64,000 nt of DNA from Patescibacteria group bacterium (GTDB taxonomy: Bacteria; Patescibacteriota; Patescibacteriia; UBA10025; JAHIVO01): contig JBAZWB010000002.1 of the NCBI GenBank assembly GCA_041660605.1, positions 66,216 to 130,215 of the forward strand. Reading direction: 5' to 3'. Every line of letters starts with the position of its first letter. Positions within the stretch are counted from its first letter, which is position 1. The notes under the pieces were generated by a model. That model had not been told where the DNA came from. It ran no database searches and saw only the letters and a program-made list of their open reading frames with translations. This document shows, one piece after another, positions 9,916 through 19,070 of this stretch. The position numbers were made by a program, and so were the translations under genes.

Positions 9916-10548
9916 TTATGACATCTGGTCTTTCAGCTTTTGCAGATTGTCCGCCAGGTCGCCGGAAGCGAAAATCGCCGAACCGACGCAGATATTATTC
10001 ACCCCAGCGCTGGCCACTTCGAAGATATTGCTCTCATTAATTCCGCCGTCAATAGAAATATCAGTATCCGGATATTCATGTTCAAATTCCTTAATTTTTT
10101 CCACCACTTCAGGATGGAATTCCTGGTTCTGCCAGCCGGGCTTCACCGACATGAATAATACCCCGTCCACGTATTCCGCCCATTCCTGAATGGCTGATAG
10201 CGGCGTTTCAATATTTATGGCAATGCCCACTTCAAATCCCATCTGCCTGACTTTCTTCAGCATCTCATCAGGCGCTGGTACCGCCTCAATATGGAAATAA
10301 ACACGTTTGAAGATATCAGGGTTAAGGCTTGGCAGCCAGGCTTCAGGATCGGCCACCATCAGGTGCGCTTCCAGGCTAAGGGTGGTTTTTATCTGCAACA
10401 ATTCCTCGGGAGTGATGGATTTATTATTTACAAACTTTCCGTCCATCAGGTCAATCTGCGCCCATTCAACCACGTCGGTCAGCAAATTTAATTTATCCTG
10501 CACCTCATTTAAATCATTGCTTAAAATTGCCGGAACAATCTGGCTCAT
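9916..10548 (-). CDS. rpe: Ribulose-phosphate 3-epimerase
   Basis: IDLMDGKFV, EAHLMV, FHIE, MSVKPG, IDGGIN, VGSAIF. Confidence 0.95.
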   Translation of the reverse strand: MSQIVPAILSNDLNEVQDKLNLLTDVVEWAQIDLMDGKFVNNKSITPEELLQIKTTLSLEAHLMVADPEAWLPSLNPDIFKRVYFHIEAVPAPDEMLKKVRQMGFEVGIAINIETPLSAIQEWAEYVDGVLFMSVKPGWQNQEFHPEVVEKIKEFEHEYPDTDISIDGGINESNIFEVASAGVNNICVGSAIFASGDLADNLQKLKDQMS

Positions 10549-10552
10549 ATAT

Positions 10553-10996
10553 TTATTTCTCCGCGCGTTTAATCATATTAACTCTCCGGTGGTGCCTGGC
10601 TGAGGCGCTGAATTTGGTTTTTAACCAAACGGCCACCATTTTTTTTGCTTCAGCCAAAGATATGTAATCGGCACCCAGGCATAACACATTGGCATCATCA
10701 TCAACCCGGGACATCTTGGCCGAGCGCAGGTTAAACGCCTGGCAAGCCCTGATGCCCTTAACTTTATTGGCCGCGATGCACCCGCCGGCGCCGGAGCGGC
10801 AAATAAAAATGCCGCGGCCATCGCGTGTCTGGGCCACCTGCCGTGCCATTTTAAAGGCGAAAACGGGATAATCGTCCTGCGGATCTACTGCTGTATTGCC
10901 TACGTCTGCCAGACTGTATTTATTCTTAATTAAAAATTTCTTCAGCTCCTCCTTGTATTTATATCCGCCGTGATCTGCTCCTAAGAATATTTTCAT
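10553..10996 (-). CDS. rpiB: Ribose-5-phosphate isomerase B
   Basis: GADHGG, DDYP, ICRSGAG, AANKVKGIRA, ANVLCLG, RHHRRV. Confidence 0.96.
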   Translation of the reverse strand: MKIFLGADHGGYKYKEELKKFLIKNKYSLADVGNTAVDPQDDYPVFAFKMARQVAQTRDGRGIFICRSGAGGCIAANKVKGIRACQAFNLRSAKMSRVDDDANVLCLGADYISLAEAKKMVAVWLKTKFSASARHHRRVNMIKRAEK

Positions 10997-11151
10997 AAAT
11001 TAAGCGCTTTACCACACCATTATAGCATATTTTGGGCAGGATTAAAGTGCCGCCACTCTACTGTCATTGTAATTGACTTTTTTTAATAACGGAATTAAGC
11101 TGGAACTGACTAAATAAAAAATACAAACTACCGCAAGAAAGTAGGCGAATC

Positions 11152-11640
11152 ATGAGAGCTTGTTTAATGGCATTTGTTTCGACTGTATTGCTTCTAGCTT
11201 CTGCTGGCTATCCTAATGACAGTACTAATACGCTGGCCAAGCAGGACACCTCAATTAACCTGGGGCAGGTGGTTGCGCCGGCTCAAACACCTGTTGTTGA
11301 AGATTCCACGCTGATTGCCACTCGCCGGCTACTGGCTCAAGGTGGCGGATATCTGGATCTTTTCGGCAAAGTCATGGAGGATGAAAAAGGCGGAGCCGAG
11401 TTTGGCGGGAGTTACCGCCTAATATCAAAACGAATGCGCGAATTGGCGAAAACGCTGGGCATGCCGCAGGATGAATTCATTGAATACGTGCGTCGCGGAA
11501 TAACAGAAGCCATGAATGACATTAATTCGCATGACGTCCAACTAGTCACGCGCAAGCTATCGCAATACGAGGATGCCGGCATAAACATTCTCGTACGACA
11601 TTCAATTGTGCGCAGTGATTCCGCAAAAACCGTACATTAG
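11152..11640 (+). CDS. Hypothetical secreted protein (only clear plus-strand gene)
   Basis: Signal-peptide-like N-terminus, purine-rich upstream, followed by terminator. Confidence 0.7.
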   Translation: MRACLMAFVSTVLLLASAGYPNDSTNTLAKQDTSINLGQVVAPAQTPVVEDSTLIATRRLLAQGGGYLDLFGKVMEDEKGGAEFGGSYRLISKRMRELAKTLGMPQDEFIEYVRRGITEAMNDINSHDVQLVTRKLSQYEDAGINILVRHSIVRSDSAKTVH

Positions 11641-11664
11641 CTACCATTTTAGAGGTTACTCCAC

Positions 11665-11695
11665 ACCCCGCCTGCAACAGCAGACGGGGTTTTTT
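11665..11695 (+). terminator. Intrinsic terminator
   Basis: accccgcctgc-aaca-gcagacggggt then T-run. Confidence 0.75.
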
Positions 11696-11808
11696 ATGGA
11701 TTGGAGCGCACCCAGTCTTCGACCCTGTCTTCGATCCCGATAGTCCTCAGACCGAGGGGAGGCTCAGACCCGAAGGGGGACTAATTACTAGTGGCTAACA
11801 ACTAACCA

Positions 11809-12333
11809 CTAAACTTCATACTCCCACCACGGCTGCCAGACGAATTCCTCATTGACGCACTGCTCCAGCGTACGGCGGGCGGTCAGGACGTCCAGGGCAT
11901 AATAGGTGGCGCGGTGGTCAACGATTAAAATAATTTTGTCCGGGTATTTATCTTTTATTTCCAATAAAAAACCCTGCACCCGCTCTACTGCCTGCTCATA
12001 GCTTTCGCCATTGGGAAACGGCTCTTTTATTTTTTTCGGTTTAAGGGCATAAACTTCCTTGGTGGTATGGCCGTTTAAATCCCCGTAGCTGATCTCCCGC
12101 AAGCGCCGGTCATAAATGACCGGAATTTTTTCGCCAAAAGCGATGGCTACCGTATCTTTCGCCCGTTGCAAATCCGAGGTAAAAATCAGATCAATTTTAA
12201 TATTTTTAAACCTCTCTCCCATTTCCGCTGACTGCTTTCTGCCCAATTCCGAAAGCTCCCCGGGATTTTGGCCGGTAGCCAGCCCTCTGGCATTATCGGT
12301 GGTTTCTGAATGCGTGGCGAAATATATTTTCAT
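11809..12333 (-). CDS. Histidine phosphatase family protein (likely start MKIYF)
   Basis: THSET..N (RHG-like), FTSDLQRA, LREISYG, PNGES, IVDH. Confidence 0.88.
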   Translation of the reverse strand: MKIYFATHSETTDNARGLATGQNPGELSELGRKQSAEMGERFKNIKIDLIFTSDLQRAKDTVAIAFGEKIPVIYDRRLREISYGDLNGHTTKEVYALKPKKIKEPFPNGESYEQAVERVQGFLLEIKDKYPDKIILIVDHRATYYALDVLTARRTLEQCVNEEFVWQPWWEYEV

Positions 12334-12364
12334 AAAAAAATTGTTATGCACCGCCACTCCCACC

Positions 12365-12473
12365 CTGTCATTCTGAGGAGTCCCGCCGCAGGCGGGCGAC
12401 GTGAGAATCTCCTGGGTTCAGGCACCGCGGGGATTGTCACGTCATTCGCTTCGCTCATTCCTCACAATGACAG
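12365..12473. repeat. REP-like palindromic doublet with TGTCA/TGACA ends
   Basis: ctgtcattctgagg...gagaatctc...gggattgtcac...cctcacaatgacag, with nested cccgccgcaggcggg hairpin. Confidence 0.8.
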
Positions 12474-12484
12474 TAGAGTGGCGA

Positions 12485-13192
12485 TTACTTTTTCAAATAC
12501 CCCAGCCTTTTACTCTCCGGAAACCTCTCAATCGCGTACCTCAGCATAGTCCGCGGCATTGCTTTATAATGCCGTTGCAAAAACTTTTCTTCAGCCGCTT
12601 GGTCGCGCTTGCCCATCTCCCGGAGCATCCAACCCACTGCCTTGTGGATCAAATCGTGCTGGTCATTTAATAATATTTCAGCTATTGCTAATGCATCTTT
12701 AAAATTTTTATTCCTGAGAAAAGTAAAAGTGGCCAGCATAGCCACCCGCCTTTCCCACAAACTCGTTGACCGCGCCAGCTTATATAAAATTCCCCTGGGC
12801 TTGTCCAGTAAATATGTGCCAACGATATTTGGCGCGGACAAATCCACCAAATCCCAATTATTGATAAAGGCGGTATTCTTTAAATAAATATTAAAAATAG
12901 AACGGCGCTTTGCTTCGTCGGCTTTATTAAACTGGTCAACTAAAATCAGTAAAACCACCAAACGGTGTTCGTGGATTTTGCTTCTTAACAAAGATTCTGC
13001 GTCTTTTAAAGGCAAATCTTGGTACTTCTTAACTACCTGCCTTTGTACCGGCACTTTGATGCCCAGAAAAATATCTCCCTCGCCGTAATCTCCTTTGCCG
13101 GTTTTGAAAAAGCGCGACAGGTTTTTAGCCTGCTGAGGATTGGCGAGTTTTTTTAATTCGGCTATAACTTCAGCGAGATTACTCATAATCAA
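12485..13192 (-). CDS. DNA alkylation repair protein (AlkD family)
   Basis: RFFKTGKGDYGEGDIFLG, NNWDLVDLSAP, LWERR, HKAVGWMLRE, PRTMLRYAIE. Confidence 0.93.
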   Translation of the reverse strand: MIMSNLAEVIAELKKLANPQQAKNLSRFFKTGKGDYGEGDIFLGIKVPVQRQVVKKYQDLPLKDAESLLRSKIHEHRLVVLLILVDQFNKADEAKRRSIFNIYLKNTAFINNWDLVDLSAPNIVGTYLLDKPRGILYKLARSTSLWERRVAMLATFTFLRNKNFKDALAIAEILLNDQHDLIHKAVGWMLREMGKRDQAAEEKFLQRHYKAMPRTMLRYAIERFPESKRLGYLKK

Positions 13193-13359
13193 ATTTTAAC
13201 ATATTTACGGGCAATTAAAAAAGAGGAGGACTCCAAATAGATGTACGGCGGTGAACAATTTTACTCATTCAATCGCTATAATCATGTTGGAATCCGCCTC
13301 TGTGTTGGCAATTTGGCACTTCGGTTGGCAGTTACATTTCTTTTCTTTGGTTTGGGAGT

Positions 13360-13827
13360 CTATTCAGACTTCACTTCGGCTGGCTTGTCCCAAGGCTCAG
13401 TGGGCTTGGCGTTACCCTTGCGGATTTCGTGATACAGGTCCCACGCGCTGCGTAGCTTAGTGCTGCGCACTTCGATCCGGAAAACCATGAAACCATCTAA
13501 ATAATGGCTGTCCACTACGGCCCGGGCGTTGGCGGTAGAATATATGCCGCGAACTGGGGCGATCGCGTTTCCGTCTAAACAGGCATCTTCGGAAATAACA
13601 TATTCCGGCTTCATTCCCTGTTCCAGCCAGAGGCTTTTCTCGACCTGCTCCATGTCACTCAAAGTTGGATTGTCGTACAAGCAGTAGATTGCATTATACT
13701 TTTCCTCAATTTTATAATGCACTCCTTCAATTTTGACACCCGTACCAGCAGATCCGAATCCTAATTTGACATCGCGCTGTATTTCTTCCGCCAGTTCTCC
13801 AATCTTAAATCTCACTTTTACTTGCAT
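13360..13827 (-). CDS. Hypothetical protein (start probably MQVKV behind AAGGA)
   Basis: Long ORF filling gap; SD-like aaaggaa upstream of ATG 13827. Confidence 0.6.
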   Translation of the reverse strand: MQVKVRFKIGELAEEIQRDVKLGFGSAGTGVKIEGVHYKIEEKYNAIYCLYDNPTLSDMEQVEKSLWLEQGMKPEYVISEDACLDGNAIAPVRGIYSTANARAVVDSHYLDGFMVFRIEVRSTKLRSAWDLYHEIRKGNAKPTEPWDKPAEVKSE

Positions 13828-13997
13828 TGTGCATTCCTTTCTCATCTCATCTCTTGATTTTGTGTTTTCTCCGCTGCCTGCCTGATATGCCAATATGCCA
13901 AAGAACGATCAACTAGGCTACCACAAAAAAAATCACCCTGTCAAGGGCGACCATCCACAAATACTTATTTTAAAGGCGTTTTATTAAATTATTCTCA

Positions 13998-14771
13998 TTA
14001 TATCAATTCTAAAATTTGTTTATGCAGTTTAGTGCCGTTGCTGATCAAGAATTTTTCATTCAAATCTTCTTTCTCCGGTTTGCCTCGCAAATCAGTGACT
14101 AAAGCGCCAGCCTCCCTGGCAATCAATTTCCCAGCCGAGTAATCGTATATTTCACAGCCATTATTGATAATCGCTTCAATTTTCCCCTGGGCTAAATAGC
14201 AGAAATCCAGGGCTGGCGACCAATTTATCAGAATCCTTTTTACTTTTTTGGCTAAAACATTTTTTAATACTCTGCCTTCCATCATTTTCGCCTGGAGCCG
14301 GTAGCTGCTATTATAGGCAATACTGGCTTTCCTGATATCCGCCACGCGTTTGACATTCAGTTTCTTGCCGTTTAAAAACGCGCCTCTGCCTTTTTTCGCG
14401 TAAAATGTCTGGCCAGTGATGGGGTTATGAACCACCGCCGCCACTATCTCGCCCAGGCGGATCAGGGAAATGGAAACGGAAAAAACCGGTATGCCCAGTA
14501 TAAAATTGTTCGTGCCGTCTAGGGGGTCAATCAAAAAAGTATAGTCCGAGCCTTTTTCCCTGGCTCCGCTTTCCTCAGCAAAAATATTGTATTTGGGGAA
14601 ATCGCGGGTCAACCGGCGGATAATTTCTTTTTCTGAATTAATATCCGCCAAAGTCCGAAAATCAGCCGGCGTTGATTTGGGCATCAGGCGCAGGCTCCGT
14701 CCGAAATATTTCTTCAAGACGCGGCCGCCGGCCTGGGCCGCCCTGGTAATATTTTTTATATCCTTATCCAT
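13998..14771 (-). CDS. suhB: Inositol monophosphatase family protein
   Basis: TLAD..SE, AEESG, LIDPLDGTNNF, YDYSAG.LIAREAG. Confidence 0.92.
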   Translation of the reverse strand: MDKDIKNITRAAQAGGRVLKKYFGRSLRLMPKSTPADFRTLADINSEKEIIRRLTRDFPKYNIFAEESGAREKGSDYTFLIDPLDGTNNFILGIPVFSVSISLIRLGEIVAAVVHNPITGQTFYAKKGRGAFLNGKKLNVKRVADIRKASIAYNSSYRLQAKMMEGRVLKNVLAKKVKRILINWSPALDFCYLAQGKIEAIINNGCEIYDYSAGKLIAREAGALVTDLRGKPEKEDLNEKFLISNGTKLHKQILELI

Positions 14772-14777
14772 ACCTCA

Positions 14778-15845
14778 TTACATCCACTTTTTTCTTTTGA
14801 AATAAATAAGCATGACGATTCCCACCGCGAACATCACCGTGATAATCATGGGATAGCCGAACCGCCAGCCCAGCTCGGGCATAAACTCAAAATTCATGCC
14901 ATAAACTCCAGCAATCCAAGTCAGGGGGATGAAAATCGTGGCAATCACAGTCAGCACTTTCATCACTGAATTCAGCTTATTGCTGACGCTGGAAAGATAA
15001 AGGTCGACCATGCCGGATAATATGTCGCGGTAAGTTTCGATCGCTTCAATCACCTGGACCGTGTGGTCATAGACATCGCGGATGTATATGCGCGTGCCTG
15101 GCTGCACTAAAGCATTTTCGTCCCTTTCAAAGCGGTTAACCACGTCCCGCAGCGGCCAGATAGAACGCCGGAGAATAATCGCCTCCTGCCTGATGCTGTT
15201 TACCTTATGCAGAGTTTTCTGGTCAGGATCGGCCAAGAGCTCATCCTCCAATTCTTCAATCCGCTCGCCGATCTGCTCCAGCACCAGGAAATAATTATCC
15301 ACGATTGAATCCAGGATCATATAGGTAATATAATCCGGCCCACGGCGGCGCACGCCCTTGCCGTCACGGATTCGCTGCCTGACCGGCTCAAACACGTCTC
15401 CCGGCCGCTCCTGCAAAGAAATCACAAAATGTTTGCCGAGGATCAGGCTGATCTGCTCGCTGTTGATTTTATTTTCTTTTTTATCCAGCGAAAACATTTT
15501 CACCACGATATAAAGCACATTGTCATAATTCTCAAACTTCGGCCGCTGCTCCGTGTGCAGGACATCCTCCAGAATCAATGGATGCAAATCAAATAACTTT
15601 CCCAATGCTTCAAAAACTTTCATATCGCCAAGGCCGACAATATCAATCCAGGAAACTGATTTCGAGCTGGCCAGGCCTTTGAGGTCATTCACTGATTTTA
15701 CCGGTTTCTCCACATAATTCGTATCAGTGAAATCAAAAAGCCTGATGCTGGTTTTAGACACCTTTTCCCTTGAAGCATTGACTAAAGTGCCTGGCGGTAA
15801 TCCCGGCTGCTTGGGTTTGCCTCTCAATAAACTTAGTGGCGGCAT
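14778..15845 (-). CDS. corA: Magnesium/cobalt transporter CorA (likely start MPPLS)
   Basis: PGLPPGTL, LHPLILED, QRPK, YGMNF signature, MPEL. Confidence 0.96.
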   Translation of the reverse strand: MPPLSLLRGKPKQPGLPPGTLVNASREKVSKTSIRLFDFTDTNYVEKPVKSVNDLKGLASSKSVSWIDIVGLGDMKVFEALGKLFDLHPLILEDVLHTEQRPKFENYDNVLYIVVKMFSLDKKENKINSEQISLILGKHFVISLQERPGDVFEPVRQRIRDGKGVRRRGPDYITYMILDSIVDNYFLVLEQIGERIEELEDELLADPDQKTLHKVNSIRQEAIILRRSIWPLRDVVNRFERDENALVQPGTRIYIRDVYDHTVQVIEAIETYRDILSGMVDLYLSSVSNKLNSVMKVLTVIATIFIPLTWIAGVYGMNFEFMPELGWRFGYPMIITVMFAVGIVMLIYFKRKKWM

Positions 15846-15926
15846 ACAAACATCATTAAATATTATTGAATTTATTATACACCTATTGGTATTAATTGAA
15901 TATTGCGGACTCGCCTGGTTGGTTCG

Positions 15927-15961
15927 CAAAAAACCCGCCGCCGATTGAACGGGCGACGGGA
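15927..15961 (-). terminator. Intrinsic terminator upstream of corA
   Basis: Minus strand cccgtcgcc-cgttcaatc-ggcggcggg followed by T6. Confidence 0.65.
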
Positions 15962-16001
15962 ATTTATCACCATGAGGTGATTTACCGACTAGCTAGAATT
16001 G

Positions 16002-16046
16002 TTAGCAACAACCACCTGGGAATCCGGATCCTATTTGAAGCCGCAT
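16002..16046 (-). other. Possible 14-aa ORF MRLQIGSGFPGGCC in a short promoter-terminator unit
   Basis: TTGACT-18-TATAAT at 16111..16082; ATG 16046; terminator 15927-15961. Confidence 0.3.
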
Positions 16047-16128
16047 ATAGTTTAATTCGTTTAATTATTAAATACCCGCCTATTATACACCGTCTTGCCG
16101 GCCCAAGTCAAAATCTGCATTATGCCTA

Positions 16129-17343
16129 TCAGGGCGTAACATCCAATTTTCTGGCAATCAGCTTTAATAATTTTCGCTTAAAGCGCCATTCATTGATATA
16201 GCTGGAAAAAATTACGGTCAAGCCGGCCACGATTGATTCGGTGGAGCCGATGCCGGCCAAAATCCAGCCGTTGTGCATCAAATGGAGAACCGAGCCGAGT
16301 ATGCCCATGACCGGCGCCATGGAGACGCCGATTAACAAACCGAGGCGTGCGGGGTTGGTGAAGTCCTGGATAATAGCCAATTTTGTCAGCGGCCAGCCGT
16401 CGTTAACCATTATCTTTTTCTCATCGCGCAGCTTGATCAGATTATGGCGATACATAAAAACCGACTGGATGGCTGTAGTTAATGACAGAGCTACCGCGGA
16501 AACGCCGAAAATAACGCCGGCCCAGACCAGCTGATTTCTAACAATGAATCCTTCCACTGAAAACGCGCCCCAAGTAGCCAGGGCAAATACGGGGATAAGT
16601 ATGCGCGAGCGTTTCACCAATTCTTTCCAGCTGAAACCAGAGCCGCGCAAAGCCATCAGCTCTGCTGATTCTCCCAGCAGATCGTCGGCCGAGGCGGCAA
16701 AAATCTTACCTACGCCCCTGACCCAGTGCTCCAGCACATGGGCGATCGGTCCGATAAATAGAAGTGCCTTAATGATTGACTGGGCGATTTTAGTGCGCTC
16801 ACGCGCGTTATCGGCAATCACCCGGAATACCGAATAATCAACGGCCAATGGATAAATAATCTCAGACAGCTCAGACATAAATTGCTGCTCCTGGGCGGTG
16901 ATGCCGATATTTTCCTCGTCAATCAGAACTAGCCGCTTGAAGCTCAGGCGGTCCTTCAAAATTATCTGCAGTGATTTATCCAGATCCTCGCCATGCGTCC
17001 CTGCCCTGACTCTATCTTCATCTGCAAATATTGGGAAATGTTTTTCTTTCAGCAATTTTGGCAGCCAGGTAACGATATAATTCTTCTGGCTGTAAATGCT
17101 GATCGCATTGACCGCTTTCAGAATATTTTCCGGAGTCCGTAAGACAGTACGCACTCCGATGGCCTTTCCTCTCGTCAGGATAGCGCGTATTTTTTCCTTA
17201 TACTCAGGATAACGGCTGAAAATGAAACGAATCTCTGTCGGTAAATATTCATTCCAATCGCATTCCTCGGGGAGTGAAATAACCTCGAGCCGGTAAGAAC
17301 CAATTGGTGATTTTTTTGGCGGCCTGGTAAAACCTTCAAACAT
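16129..17343 (-). CDS. Uncharacterised protein: soluble N-terminus plus multi-TM C-terminus
   Basis: 404 aa; about 5-6 hydrophobic segments in C-terminal half. Confidence 0.8.
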   Translation of the reverse strand: MFEGFTRPPKKSPIGSYRLEVISLPEECDWNEYLPTEIRFIFSRYPEYKEKIRAILTRGKAIGVRTVLRTPENILKAVNAISIYSQKNYIVTWLPKLLKEKHFPIFADEDRVRAGTHGEDLDKSLQIILKDRLSFKRLVLIDEENIGITAQEQQFMSELSEIIYPLAVDYSVFRVIADNARERTKIAQSIIKALLFIGPIAHVLEHWVRGVGKIFAASADDLLGESAELMALRGSGFSWKELVKRSRILIPVFALATWGAFSVEGFIVRNQLVWAGVIFGVSAVALSLTTAIQSVFMYRHNLIKLRDEKKIMVNDGWPLTKLAIIQDFTNPARLGLLIGVSMAPVMGILGSVLHLMHNGWILAGIGSTESIVAGLTVIFSSYINEWRFKRKLLKLIARKLDVTP

Positions 17344-17499
17344 ATAATTTCTTCTGCTCTTATTATACCATTAAAAGCTATTTTTTTCTAATAAAAAATT
17401 AGATTAACTAGAATCCAATTCTTTAATAATACTCAAACCCTCCCATTACGGAGTAATCATAATAAAATTGTTTAATCCGCCGATTACAAAGAAATGTTA

Positions 17500-17762
17500 C
17501 GAAAACAGAGCGAGGAGGAATGGTTGCCCATGGGCAACCGCGTTGTACTGTTTGAGCGAACGCAGCGAAGTCTCGCCGCAGGCGGACGAAGCGAGGAGCG
17601 AGTTTACAACGCGGAATGACAACGAGCCTGTTTATGCCTGCCCCGTACCTGGAGCGAAGCGAAATGGTGCGGGGTTAATTTCTTTGTACCGGCGCAGCTC
17701 TTTTGCTTCTTTGGCGCCTGCCCCGCTGGATAGCGGGGTTTGCACAGAAAAGAAGAAATAAA
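17500..17762. repeat. Structured intergenic repeat, copy 1 (paralogue at 24800-25005)
   Basis: ~90-bp near-identical core ccgcgttgta...tacaacgcggaatgac plus shared tail tttgcacagaaaagaagaaataaa. Confidence 0.9.
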
Positions 17763-17812
17763 ACTAAACAAAAAACTGCTCTTCCGCAGTTTTTACTTAT
17801 ATATTGAAATAC

Positions 17813-19060
17813 TTAAGCCAAACCAAGAATAGACGAGATTACCAAGGCAACCGTGGCCACAATAATACCGCCGATGGTCAGCCAGGAGACTATATTGCCA
17901 ATCGGTTTATTGACGTGCTTGCCCATGATGCGCTTGTTGTTGAGAATCTTGACGACAAAAATCAAGATGAATGGCAGGAGTATGCCGTTTAAATCCTGGG
18001 ACAAAATCATCACCCTGACTAACGGAATATGAGGTATCAAGACAAATAAACCCGAAATAATAATAGTGCCCAATATTATGGTATAAAAAGCCCGCCCGTT
18101 TTTCCAGGTAGTATTAAAACCCGACTCCCAGCCGAAGGCTTCGCAAAAAGCGTAAGCCGTGGTCGTCGGCAGAATAAAAGCGCCCAGCATTGAGGCGCTG
18201 AACAAGCCAAAAGCGAATAATAATTGCGCCATGCCTCCCGCGAGCGGCCGCAGGGCGATGGCTGCATCACCGGCATCATTTATCTGTATGCCAAATTTAT
18301 AAAGAGTGGCGGCCGCGCAGATTATTATAAAAAAACTGACAATATCTGTTATAAACGCGCCCATGAAAACTTCCGCCCGCTCAGCCCGATAGTGTTTTAT
18401 GGCCAGACCCTTGTCAACTACGTATGATTGTATAAAAAATTGCCCCCAGGGAGTGATAGTCGTTCCTATTAAAGCTATCATGGTCAGTAAAAATGGCGAG
18501 GTCCACTCAATTTGCGGGATAAACAGGCTGGAAACTGCCTGGCCGAAATCGGGTTTAATAACAAAGCCGTTGATGATATAAACGATATAAAAAGCGGAAA
18601 ATATTAAAAAAATCTTCTGGGTTGTCCTGAAAGACCCCTTATATAAAATAAACCAGATGATCAGTCCGGCCAGCGGAACGGCGATGTACTTGCTGACTCC
18701 GATAATTGAAAAAGCGGCGGCAATGCCGGCAAACTCAGCGATAACAGTGCCGACGTTCGCCACCAGCATGGTAACCATCGCAAAGGTCGTCCAGCGGATA
18801 CCGAAATTTTCACGGATTATACCGCCCAGTCCCTGCCTGGTAACAATGCCCAGCCTGACGCCCATCTCCTGGGTAACGGCCAGAGAAATCGTCACTAATA
18901 AAAGCACCCAGAGCATCTTGGTACCGAAATGAGCGCCGACGTAGGTGTAGGTAGTGATGCCACCGGCGTCGTTATCAGCGTTGGCCGAGATGATTCCCGG
19001 ACCGACAACGCTCACGAAGAAAACTATTCTTAACCAGAGCTTACGCCATTTTTCTTGCAT
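17813..19060 (-). CDS. NRAMP/SLC11-family divalent cation transporter (Mg2+-type)
   Basis: GPG...DNDAGGITTY, QEMGVRLG, GTTITPW (no TM6 Met), SQDLNG. Confidence 0.9.
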   Translation of the reverse strand: MQEKWRKLWLRIVFFVSVVGPGIISANADNDAGGITTYTYVGAHFGTKMLWVLLLVTISLAVTQEMGVRLGIVTRQGLGGIIRENFGIRWTTFAMVTMLVANVGTVIAEFAGIAAAFSIIGVSKYIAVPLAGLIIWFILYKGSFRTTQKIFLIFSAFYIVYIINGFVIKPDFGQAVSSLFIPQIEWTSPFLLTMIALIGTTITPWGQFFIQSYVVDKGLAIKHYRAERAEVFMGAFITDIVSFFIIICAAATLYKFGIQINDAGDAAIALRPLAGGMAQLLFAFGLFSASMLGAFILPTTTAYAFCEAFGWESGFNTTWKNGRAFYTIILGTIIISGLFVLIPHIPLVRVMILSQDLNGILLPFILIFVVKILNNKRIMGKHVNKPIGNIVSWLTIGGIIVATVALVISSILGLA

Positions 19061-19070
19061 AATGCATAAA

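Noticed and set aside
17468-17761. Plus-strand ORF sharing ...SERSEVSPQADEARSEFTTRND... with ORF 24819..25004
   Set aside because: Both are translations of the non-coding repeat; conservation follows base pairing and the frames diverge outside the core
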